From the NCBI GenBank assembly GCA_963822585.1, contig CAWGIE010000019.1, forward strand, positions 1-64,000: DNA of 64,000 nucleotides, written 5' to 3'. The DNA comes from an uncultured bacterium. GTDB taxonomy: Bacteria; Auribacterota; Erginobacteria; Erginobacterales; Erginobacteraceae. Of the stretch, positions 21,087 through 29,741 are shown piece by piece. Under the pieces are notes generated by a model. That model searched no databases. It was not told the origin of the DNA and worked only from the letters and a program-made list of their open reading frames with translations. The position numbers were made by a program, and so were the translations under genes. Position 1 is the stretch's first letter; each line of letters opens with the position of its first letter.

Positions 21087-21141
21087 CAGTATCAAAGCGT
21101 TCCAGCCGACGCTAATCGCGCGGCTGAACTCGGCGTTCGCC
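21087..21141 (+). other. Short 55-bp attC site with ATC inverse core
   Basis: CAGTATC-AAAGC-GTTCCAGCCG...CGGCTGAAC-TCGGC-GTTCGCC, with an unpaired base in the L box as in classical attC. Confidence 0.85.
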
Positions 21142-21153
21142 AGCAAAGACATA

Positions 21154-21855
21154 ATGATGAAAAAAAAGAAGTCGTCAAGACCTACAATGTGTTCTTATTG
21201 TGGTGAGCGTATTGCTACCCAGAGGGAGCATGTCTTTCCAAGCAATCTCTACCCTATCTCTAAGGCACAATCTCGGATCCAGCGGCTGACGATTCCTGCC
21301 TGCGATGTTTGCAACAATGGTTGGTCGGATGATGAAGCACATTTTAAAAATGTTCTGGCATGTGCTGGGGAACCCAACGATGCTCGTCGCGAACTTTGGC
21401 AAACTTCCATTCGGCGTAGTTTTGAAAAGTGCGACGGTTTGCGTCGATTACGGGATCTCAAAGAATCCATGAGGTCAGTCGAAATCAACGGAGAGAGCAG
21501 ACACAAGATTTACCCCGGGCAAGACGATAGGGTCCTACGTATTGTCAAGAAGATCGTTCGAGGTCTTTGTCACCATCATCATGTCATGTCAGCAGTCTCG
21601 GAAAGGCGCGTCTGGGTTACCGATTTTAAGGACCGTATTCCAGAAGACGTTCTGTCCCCAATGACGAAAGAACACAGAGAGCAGGATATTATAGAATACC
21701 GGTATCAGGTTTTCTGCGAATTAGGAATTCATTCGGCTTGGGTCATCACGTTTTTTCAGCGCATTACCTTTATAGGACTAGTCTCACTGTCAAAAGATGG
21801 CTCATTTCCTAAACAATCTGGCGAACCAAGCGCTCAAACAGACCGGAAGGGCTAA
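21154..21855 (+). CDS. HNH-like endonuclease cassette protein
   Basis: CSYCG...TQREHVFP...IPACDVCNNG. Confidence 0.8.
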   Translation: MMKKKKSSRPTMCSYCGERIATQREHVFPSNLYPISKAQSRIQRLTIPACDVCNNGWSDDEAHFKNVLACAGEPNDARRELWQTSIRRSFEKCDGLRRLRDLKESMRSVEINGESRHKIYPGQDDRVLRIVKKIVRGLCHHHHVMSAVSERRVWVTDFKDRIPEDVLSPMTKEHREQDIIEYRYQVFCELGIHSAWVITFFQRITFIGLVSLSKDGSFPKQSGEPSAQTDRKG

Positions 21856-21944
21856 TACTACTGTCGAACATATTTATATTCACCGGAGGTTTTCGGGGGA
21901 GCATGGATTTTTAGTCGCCCCCTTGCGGCAGATCTGCGTTTGGC
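21820..21944 (+). other. attC-like site (~130 bp family, degenerate right arm)
   Basis: GGCGAACCAAGCGCTCAAACAGACCGGAAGGGC...GCCCCCTTGCGG...GTTTGGC. Confidence 0.7.
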
Positions 21945-22136
21945 AAGATTCACTCCTATCATCTGCAACAAACGCATAATATTAAATCAGTTGCGAAGGT
22001 GCGACTCGAATATCAATTTGTATTGTTCAATCTTCACGTGCAAACCATGAATTGAAAAGGATCATTATAATTTTAACTTAGTTATTTGATCCTAAAAACG
22101 CCGAAATATATATATGTGTTTTAAATACATAGTCAA

Positions 22137-23786
22137 ATGAAAGATAATAATAAGCCTACTACTTTAACTGCGTGGTTCCGCAAAAAAATATATGACCTTT
22201 TCGGACTTCGCGGCCTCGTAATGCTTGCTATTCTCGGTGCTCTATTCTATATATGGTTAAATTGGGACAAAGTAAGCAAAAGTCCAGGTATTACTCAGTT
22301 ATTAACATATTGCTCTCGCCAGTCTGTTCCTAAAGCTGATCCCTCGCGATATTCTGTTCTCGTTGCACATTTAGAGAATGATACGAATCGAGAATTCGAA
22401 TTACTTATTATAGAATCACTTAAAGAACTAGATGGGATTCAAGTTCTATCGCTTGACCGTACTATTACATTGCATGATTCTATCCCTGAAAAAGCAGAAA
22501 AGGAAGGCTATAGCCAAGCACTAAGATATCTTGATGAAAGTGACGCTTCAGTGCTCATCTGGGGAACAGTTCTATCCTGGAATGGAAACCATGTCCCGAA
22601 ATTGTATTGGACAGTATCTCAAGGGTGGGTAAGGAAGCCCCGACGTTATCAACAATCTTCGATTGATGATAATTTATCCTTACCAATAATGTTTTGGGAT
22701 GATTTGATAAGTGCCTTGCGCTTACTTATACTCATTGAATCTCATCAATTAACATCGGAAGAGGGACATTTCTTAGGCGATCGTCTTCCGGCTTATATCT
22801 CTAGAATATATATGATACTAAATTCAAAAGATATAGTTGGCGATTTGGACGTTAAAGAACGCATGAAAATACAATTCGTCTTATCCAAAGGCCTTCATCG
22901 TCTTGGCGTGCAACAAGATAATATTGATGCGATTAAAAAATCAATAAATATATACCGCAAGCTTATTATAGATATACCAAATGATTTCCCACCCGATTAT
23001 AAAGCTGATATTCAGAATGAGCTTGCTAATGCACTTGTCGATCTTGTGCAATACGAAAATATTCCTGAGCTCCTCAAGGAAGCATTAGATTTATACTATG
23101 AAGCTCTTAAGAAATTTTCGCGTGAAAACGATCCTATTGAATGGGCAGGGTTAATGTTTAATATCGGTTATGTGCAGAATGAGATCGGTAAAAGTGAGCA
23201 CGACTCCAGCTATTTAGAACAAGCATTAACCACACTATTTAATGCAAAAGCAATAATCCCTCAAGACCAAGAACCCCAACTATATGCAAATATCATCAAG
23301 AGCATAGGCATTTCACTAGTAAATCTAGGCGACATCAAATGTGTCCCAAGCTATTATACAAGAGCTGCCAATGCATTTAGGGAAGCCCTTATAATGACAC
23401 CGAGAGAACACTTCCCTTTATTTTGGGCAAATCTTCAAAATTGCCTTGGGTTTGTGATGTCCCACCTTGGTCAATTGGAAAATAATACGATCTATTTCAA
23501 AGAGGCTATCGAGGCATATAATGAAGCACTCAAGGAATATACCCGTGAGCGTACTCCCATCAGTTGGGCTGATATTACAAATAATCTCGGATCAGCATAT
23601 TTAAGTTTGGGCAATATCGAGCATGATATGGGTTATATTAACCAAGCAATTAGTTTATTCCACGAAGCTTTAACGGAATTAACTCATGAAAGAACACCTT
23701 TACATTATGAAATAGTTCAAAATAATCTTAAAGAAGCTAATACTTTGCATGAAAGGGGCTGGACACAAATCCCAATAACCAAGTGA
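22137..23786 (+). CDS. Membrane-anchored TPR repeat protein
   Basis: Repeated P..WA...NNLG.A...LG...AI..Y.EAL units; low GC. Confidence 0.85.
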   Translation: MKDNNKPTTLTAWFRKKIYDLFGLRGLVMLAILGALFYIWLNWDKVSKSPGITQLLTYCSRQSVPKADPSRYSVLVAHLENDTNREFELLIIESLKELDGIQVLSLDRTITLHDSIPEKAEKEGYSQALRYLDESDASVLIWGTVLSWNGNHVPKLYWTVSQGWVRKPRRYQQSSIDDNLSLPIMFWDDLISALRLLILIESHQLTSEEGHFLGDRLPAYISRIYMILNSKDIVGDLDVKERMKIQFVLSKGLHRLGVQQDNIDAIKKSINIYRKLIIDIPNDFPPDYKADIQNELANALVDLVQYENIPELLKEALDLYYEALKKFSRENDPIEWAGLMFNIGYVQNEIGKSEHDSSYLEQALTTLFNAKAIIPQDQEPQLYANIIKSIGISLVNLGDIKCVPSYYTRAANAFREALIMTPREHFPLFWANLQNCLGFVMSHLGQLENNTIYFKEAIEAYNEALKEYTRERTPISWADITNNLGSAYLSLGNIEHDMGYINQAISLFHEALTELTHERTPLHYEIVQNNLKEANTLHERGWTQIPITK

Positions 23787-23965
23787 TAACTAAAATGTGG
23801 GGTCGGACCTGTATAACACATTGCATGAAATAGGGTCAAATCTTTCATCTTGACAGATAGATCCCGCCAGATTATCCGCCATTTTGGCGGGATTATGAAT
23901 AAGATGGAGAAGATACAAATCTATAAGTTCGTCTCAAGAACTAGTTTAGCATCCGGCACTATTGG

Positions 23966-24625
23966 ATGAAATCACTCTCATTCATTCTCGCCATCCTCCT
24001 CACCCCTCCCCTCCTTTTTGCCGAAGAAAATATCCAGCTCAAGACCGCCGACGGGAAGACGATCCAGGGGCTGCTCTACGGGAAGAGTGAGCTGGCGCTG
24101 GTGCTCTGCCACGGCCGGAAATATGCCACCGGCGGGGCTTCGTTCCGGGAGCAGTGCGAATACCTGGAGAATCAGGGCGTCATGTGCCTGGCCTTCAGTT
24201 TCCGGGGCTATCCCTCCGAGACACTACCTCCCGTCCCGGAGGGGGGAGAGAACGATATCCTGGCGGCGATGGAGTACCTCTCCTCCCGCGGGGCCACACA
24301 CATCTTCGTTCTCGGGAGCAGCATGGGCGGCTTCATCGCCCTGGGGGCGCTGCCGAAGCTGGAAAAGCAGCCCGGCTTTTCCGGCGTCATCGCCGTCTCG
24401 GCGTTTGATCCGGATTCCCTCCGGGAATCCGCCACCCCCAAGCTCTTCATCGCGGCGGAAGACGACGCGGCCATCTACGCCCGGACCCAGGCCTGCTTCG
24501 ACACCGCCGCCGCACCCAAGCAGATGATCGCCTTCAAGACCGGCGGCCACGGCCAGGCGACTATTCCCGGCCCACGGACAAGACTACTGGACCAGATCGT
24601 CGCTTTCATGAAGAGCGAACAGTAG
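23966..24625 (+). CDS. Secreted alpha/beta hydrolase
   Basis: Signal peptide, LCHG, GSSMGG nucleophile elbow, EDD, GGHG. Confidence 0.88.
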   Translation: MKSLSFILAILLTPPLLFAEENIQLKTADGKTIQGLLYGKSELALVLCHGRKYATGGASFREQCEYLENQGVMCLAFSFRGYPSETLPPVPEGGENDILAAMEYLSSRGATHIFVLGSSMGGFIALGALPKLEKQPGFSGVIAVSAFDPDSLRESATPKLFIAAEDDAAIYARTQACFDTAAAPKQMIAFKTGGHGQATIPGPRTRLLDQIVAFMKSEQ

Positions 24626-24910
24626 AGTGAATTTTAATCCCGATCCACTTTCTCGCTTTTCCTCCAGAGGCGGACAGGCGCGCGAAAGCGAGAAACCGGT
24701 TTCAACCAAGGAATCACAGCCACAAGTTGTCTAATAATATAGCCAATACCGACATTTTTATCTTGCTCCGGAACGTTGAGACCAGCATGAGAGAACAAGG
24801 CCGGATGCCAAATAATAGTTTTAAAGAAAGTTAAACTATCTCTCAACGAATCATTGTGCGCAAGTGACATCGGCCCGAATGTTTAACTCGATGGCAAGCG
24901 TCATGAAACG

Positions 24911-25336
24911 ATGAATGACCTCCATAAAAACCGGGTTAGAAAAATACTTCAAGTTATATCTATCTTATTGGGATTATGGGGGATAGCTTTCGTTATTTTC
25001 TTTATTGACTTTTGCATTCTCGCGATCTCCGGCAAGGAATTTTCTCGCCTCATCATACCCATCGTGGGCTTTCTTCTGATCGGCCTCTACTTGATTTTTA
25101 CAGCTTACCTCATGATTAGGAAATTTTCCGAAAGGGCCAACAAACATTTTTGCGCGATCATCGCCGTTTTATTTGGCGGAGGCCTCATACAAATATTTCA
25201 TACATATCAATCCCGCCCTTTCGAAACGCAAACAAAGTTTATCTTCTTTTTGCTTCCGTTACTGGCAATTATCCTTCTTTACGCGATCGGTCAAAAGATA
25301 TTGATCAGATTGACCATCAAGAAAAGCAACTCCTGA
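24911..25336 (+). CDS. Hypothetical 4-TM membrane protein
   Basis: Four hydrophobic segments. Confidence 0.7.
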   Translation: MNDLHKNRVRKILQVISILLGLWGIAFVIFFIDFCILAISGKEFSRLIIPIVGFLLIGLYLIFTAYLMIRKFSERANKHFCAIIAVLFGGGLIQIFHTYQSRPFETQTKFIFFLLPLLAIILLYAIGQKILIRLTIKKSNS

Positions 25337-25381
25337 TAAAGAATTGCAGTCATTGAGTTCGGTGTTGGTTCCAAGATTGAG

Positions 25382-25837
25382 ATGAATGAGCTGCAAAGGA
25401 AACTAAAAACGCTCGGAGTATTCTACTATATAGTCGGCGTGCTCGGCATTCCCGCCTGTCTGATAGCCCCCATAATTATGTTGAAATCGGGAGCATTTGA
25501 AAAGATCGGCCCGGGGCTGAAGCGCATCTATCTATTCAGCATAATCGGAACCGGGATCGGGAGTCTCGCCATCGTCGCGTGCATTTTCATAACAGGGTAC
25601 GGGCTGCGCCACCAGCGCTGGTGGACGTTTTGTTTCGTCATTTCCATATTACTCTGTCTCTCGTTTCCTATCGGAACTATCATGGGGGTACTCAGTCTGA
25701 TTCTCCTGACAAAACCGGAAACGAAACAATTATTTTCATCCGAGAACCGGCTTGACGGCGACTCCGATATAGCGGGCGCACGCTCCCAATCGGAGCGCAT
25801 AAACCATGGCGTTAGTGCCAAGGAGGCTAAGAGATGA
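25382..25837 (+). CDS. Hypothetical membrane protein
   Basis: FPIGTIMG motif; C-terminus runs through an attC-like sequence ending GTTAGTG at 25811. Confidence 0.7.
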   Translation: MNELQRKLKTLGVFYYIVGVLGIPACLIAPIIMLKSGAFEKIGPGLKRIYLFSIIGTGIGSLAIVACIFITGYGLRHQRWWTFCFVISILLCLSFPIGTIMGVLSLILLTKPETKQLFSSENRLDGDSDIAGARSQSERINHGVSAKEAKR

Positions 25838-26541
25838 GAATGATCGCTAAGTGTGCGACAATTATCTTACTGCCATTACTTTTCGGCTGTACTTCTGTCT
25901 CAACAGTGCGACGACCGTCCAGCTATTATGAGAGGGCGTCTCTATCTGAGGGGGATGAATCTCTTTTTTCATCGGACAACGCTATTCTTACAGACGATGA
26001 GATTATTCGCATTCTTGCTTACCCTTACTCGCCCCAGCCGCAAAACAGGATCGCTATTATCGCGTTCGGCCAGAGTTATTGGTTTGGCTGGTCGGATGAA
26101 CTTGCTCGATCCGGTGTAGAAGTCCAATCGAAACTTGTCTCCAGACTTCGCTCCTCTCCCCTGGTTTATGACGCTTCTTATTTGCCGAGTCTATTGATCC
26201 CGAAAAAAAAGACCGTGCCGCAATTCCGGGAAGCCGGAGCCCGATATCAGGCGGATCTGCTTCTGATATACAACGCGTCCTGTCGCACGTATGAAAAAAG
26301 CCGGCTCTTCGGTCCCGATAAATCGAAATCATATTGTAATGTTGAGGCCATATTACTCGATACCAGAACCGGGATCGTACCCTTTACGGTTACGGCCAGT
26401 CGCGATTTCTTTGCCGAAAAGAGCGATCAGGATTTGAACCTTGATGAGACCATGCGCAGAACTGAACTTAACGCGCTCTCCGAAGCCCTGGGGGAAGTCG
26501 GCGACGAGGTCGTACGTTTTCTCGGGTCGGCAGGGAAATAA
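25834..26541 (+). CDS. Hypothetical lipoprotein
   Basis: LLFGC lipobox; YQADLLL and LLDTRTG CsgG/TolB-N-like motifs. Confidence 0.75.
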   Translation: MRMIAKCATIILLPLLFGCTSVSTVRRPSSYYERASLSEGDESLFSSDNAILTDDEIIRILAYPYSPQPQNRIAIIAFGQSYWFGWSDELARSGVEVQSKLVSRLRSSPLVYDASYLPSLLIPKKKTVPQFREAGARYQADLLLIYNASCRTYEKSRLFGPDKSKSYCNVEAILLDTRTGIVPFTVTASRDFFAEKSDQDLNLDETMRRTELNALSEALGEVGDEVVRFLGSAGK

Positions 26542-26680
26542 TAAATATCGGGGGGGCACAGACAGGAATGTCTGTGTTACTCTGGCTTGTGGTGGCGGAT
26601 TTTTTTAGTTTATATAGCCTGGGGAAATCTCTTTATCTGCTCCATACTGAAGAGATCAATTTGGTATTAAATAAAGAGAG

Positions 26681-27232
26681 GTGATCGCCATGATTCTTTT
26701 TTCTTCCTTGAAGGTGGAATTAGCAATTGTCGAAGGAAAACTCACCGGCTGGCAAAAAGCGAAATATATAATCATCCCTGCCTTATTTTTAGCTCCCATC
26801 TCTTCAACAGCCTATATAATTAGCCCCAAATTTTTAATACGGCCCTCGGGAATGAATACTTTCATGCAATTCCTATGTATAATCTGTTCAATGATCATCA
26901 CTTATTTCGGGATAAAATTTTGCTTTAAGGAAAATGGAAGAATCGACGGAAACAATTTCATAGAACGATACTGTATTTTATTATTACCCGTCACATTGAG
27001 GTTATATTTAATTTTTCTTCCCCTGACTCTAATTATGACTGTAATTTTCATTGCTATTTTTAAGGGCCATATACACTTACTCTCTAAATACTCCATATTA
27101 TTTTTTATATTCGGACCAATTTTCACCTTGATATATTACTCCCTCTTAATCCGTTCATTCCGTAGGCTTGGCAATTTATTAGAAAAAGAAAATTCCTATC
27201 TCGTTGAGTCCCCTGTTGAAATAGTGGAATAG
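26681..27232 (+). CDS. Hypothetical membrane protein
   Basis: Hydrophobic, NG..DG.NFIERY motif, very AT-rich. Confidence 0.7.
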   Translation: MIAMILFSSLKVELAIVEGKLTGWQKAKYIIIPALFLAPISSTAYIISPKFLIRPSGMNTFMQFLCIICSMIITYFGIKFCFKENGRIDGNNFIERYCILLLPVTLRLYLIFLPLTLIMTVIFIAIFKGHIHLLSKYSILFFIFGPIFTLIYYSLLIRSFRRLGNLLEKENSYLVESPVEIVE

Positions 27233-27275
27233 GGGAGAGTGTGTGCCCGGCAGGTTAACTCGGCGTTAGGAACCC

Positions 27276-27926
27276 ATGAAATTATTACCTCAAAAATATC
27301 GCAAACTTAGAATATTGCTCTGCGTAATCTTACTGGTTATCCCGCTATTCTATTTCTATATCCTTCCATTGATTTATTACTCCGGCTACTCGCCTGAAGA
27401 AGGAGACATTATTTTTCAGGCCCTTCCGAATGCCTCAGATTTGGTACGTGCCATTGAAGGAATCACCAATTCATGCTATTCGCACTGCGGCGTTGTCATC
27501 CGAAACAATGATGAATGGTTAGTAAATGAGGCTCTCGGTACGGTACATAGTACTCCCCTCCTGGACTGGATAAAACGAGGGCGTGGTAGTCATTTTTCCG
27601 TATTTCGCCTGAAGACGGAGTATCAAGGGAATATTCCAAACTTTCTCGAAGCCCTCAAAAGATATCAGGGAAAACCATATGATGCGAAGTATGAGCTGGA
27701 TAATTGGAAAATCTATTGCTCTGAATTAATATACAAGGCCTATTATGATGCAACATCCGAAGAGTTGGGAGCATTAGTCGAGCTTGGTAGTTTGAATTGG
27801 CAACCCTATGAAGAAACAATTCGCAAATATGAAGACGGACCGCCCCCATTAAACAGACGAATGATTACGCCTATCAATCTTGCAAAGGCCCTTCAATTAA
27901 CCAAAATATATTCTGTTGGGATGTAA
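27276..27926 (+). CDS. YiiX/YebB-like permuted papain-like (NlpC/P60) amidase
   Basis: GDIIFQ, YSHCGV, GKPYD, IYCSEL. Confidence 0.9.
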   Translation: MKLLPQKYRKLRILLCVILLVIPLFYFYILPLIYYSGYSPEEGDIIFQALPNASDLVRAIEGITNSCYSHCGVVIRNNDEWLVNEALGTVHSTPLLDWIKRGRGSHFSVFRLKTEYQGNIPNFLEALKRYQGKPYDAKYELDNWKIYCSELIYKAYYDATSEELGALVELGSLNWQPYEETIRKYEDGPPPLNRRMITPINLAKALQLTKIYSVGM

Positions 27927-28019
27927 AAGATCCTAACACTTATAAACTTTCCAGGGGTCAACAGGGTTTACGGCTGTAACCGGGGCGGTGGAGATCGGCG
28001 TTAAAAGCGGAATCTTTTA

Positions 28020-28568
28020 ATGGTTGCAATAATCTTATCAATAATTTTTCCCGGCTTGGGACAGATCTATTTAGGGGAAAATACGCGCGGTTTCATTATG
28101 CTCATCATGGGGGTAACCCCCCTTTATCCGGTCGCTCTTGTCTGGAGCATAATTGATGTAATTCGTCTCAACAAACTTGGTTTGACATCACAATTCGATA
28201 AGAAAGAAGCCATCTGGGCCATACTTCTTTTCTTTGTAATTATCCCGGCCTGTTTCGTCATTCTCATCTTTGGGAGTATATCTCTGTGGAACCGGTACCA
28301 AACAAAATACAGCTTAGAAAAGGCTACCCGTCAGGAGGGAAGGAAAATAGTAGAGTCACTTCAGTCATATCATACAAGTTTCGGCCATTATCCATCGGCT
28401 CTTTCGGAGTTGATAAATGGCAAACCACTCAGAGCTGGATGGCATACAGATGAATGGGAACAGCTTTATTATTATCGAGTTATTGCCAACGGAAATGATT
28501 TCATCTTTATTTCCAATGGGAAGGATCACCTTCTAGGAACTGAAGACGACATCATATTCAAACAATGA
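28020..28568 (+). CDS. Membrane protein with C-terminal GspG/pseudopilin-like domain
   Basis: LSIIFPGLGQIY N-terminus; GHYP..L..L...DEW...Y.Y...S.G.D...GTEDDI. Confidence 0.75.
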   Translation: MVAIILSIIFPGLGQIYLGENTRGFIMLIMGVTPLYPVALVWSIIDVIRLNKLGLTSQFDKKEAIWAILLFFVIIPACFVILIFGSISLWNRYQTKYSLEKATRQEGRKIVESLQSYHTSFGHYPSALSELINGKPLRAGWHTDEWEQLYYYRVIANGNDFIFISNGKDHLLGTEDDIIFKQ

Positions 28569-28770
28569 CACATCCAGCTTCTTAATCCATATAAGGCCTC
28601 CGGGCACATTATTACCTTTCTCGCTTTCGCGCGAAAGCGAGAAAGTAGTTTCAACTCGATGTTAATGCGGCACCAATCGTTCGAGCGGACCGCGCAGAGC
28701 TCTTTACTCTTCGTGCGAAAAAGTCACCGATACAGACATTCAACTCGATGTTAGCCATCGAGGACTCGTT

Positions 28771-29181
28771 ATGAAATACGAAGATATCCAGTTCCTGTTC
28801 GACTATGTCGGTACGGCACATCCATGCGAACGGTCCGCGTTCTTTAATCGAAGGACCGGCGAGTCGTATCTCGCCTCCGAGTACGGCGATTCCGATGAAT
28901 TGCCCGATGATCTTGATGAAAACGCTGATTATCTTGAGATACCCCACCTGAACGATCTGGACCTGGGCCGGAATCTGGTGTTCGAGTTCGTCGAGCAATG
29001 CCTGCCCTCCGCTGCCGAGCAGGTATACGGTTTCTTCCAGCATGCCGGTGCGTACGGTCGATTCCATGATCTCCTCAGGCAAAACGGGTTGCAGGATGAC
29101 TGGAATAAATATGCAACGGCCCGGGAACGCGCTGCCATACTTGAGTGGTGCGAGGAAAACGGTATCGACCTACAGGACTAA
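28771..29181 (+). CDS. UPF0158-family protein
   Basis: RRTGE, GAYGRF.DLL, WCEENGI. Confidence 0.8.
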   Translation: MKYEDIQFLFDYVGTAHPCERSAFFNRRTGESYLASEYGDSDELPDDLDENADYLEIPHLNDLDLGRNLVFEFVEQCLPSAAEQVYGFFQHAGAYGRFHDLLRQNGLQDDWNKYATARERAAILEWCEENGIDLQD

Positions 29182-29386
29182 CCCTCGTAAAAAATACGGG
29201 TATCAATCGGGAAAAATAGGCGGATAAAAGATTAACACGATCGTTATAAGGCACTTATTTGATGACTATTCTGATAATGGAGCAAGATGAATAGTCAGAA
29301 TATCGGCTTATATTTATCGTTCCAACCCAAATTTTAACGATACGGGTTGTGTCCCTGGAATTTTTGCACATTCCACATACCAATAG

Positions 29387-29500
29387 TTACCGATCGGGAA
29401 TAATTATAACTATCGAGGCCGAATCCGGACTATATGTTACCGATCGGTAAATTTTAACCTTGACTTCTCATGAATCCTATGGAATATTCCCGATCGGTAA
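29387..29500. promoter_or_regulatory. Three palindromic operators TT(A/C)CCGATCGG(T/G)AA upstream of hipBA
   Basis: Copies at 29387-29400, 29437-29450 and 29487-29500, exact 50-bp period. Confidence 0.8.
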
Positions 29501-29501
29501 T

Positions 29502-29741
29502 ATGAATATCCTGAATCCAGAGCAACTGGGCACTGTCATCCGTGCCCGGCGGAAGCAACTGAAGGTCACCCAGAAAGAGCTGGCGATGGCCTCCGGCACC
29601 GGCCTGCGCTTCATCGTCGATCTTGAGAAAGGCAAGCCGACGTGTCAGATCGGGAAATTCCTCCACGTGATTCAGGCCCTGGGGCTTAAGATCCGGATAG
29701 ACACCCTCGACGCTGATACGAGTAAACACGGGAAATCATGA
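29502..29741 (+). CDS. hipB: HipB-like XRE antitoxin
   Basis: IRARRKQLKVTQKELA...LEKGKPT HTH; overlaps hipA. Confidence 0.9.
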   Translation: MNILNPEQLGTVIRARRKQLKVTQKELAMASGTGLRFIVDLEKGKPTCQIGKFLHVIQALGLKIRIDTLDADTSKHGKS

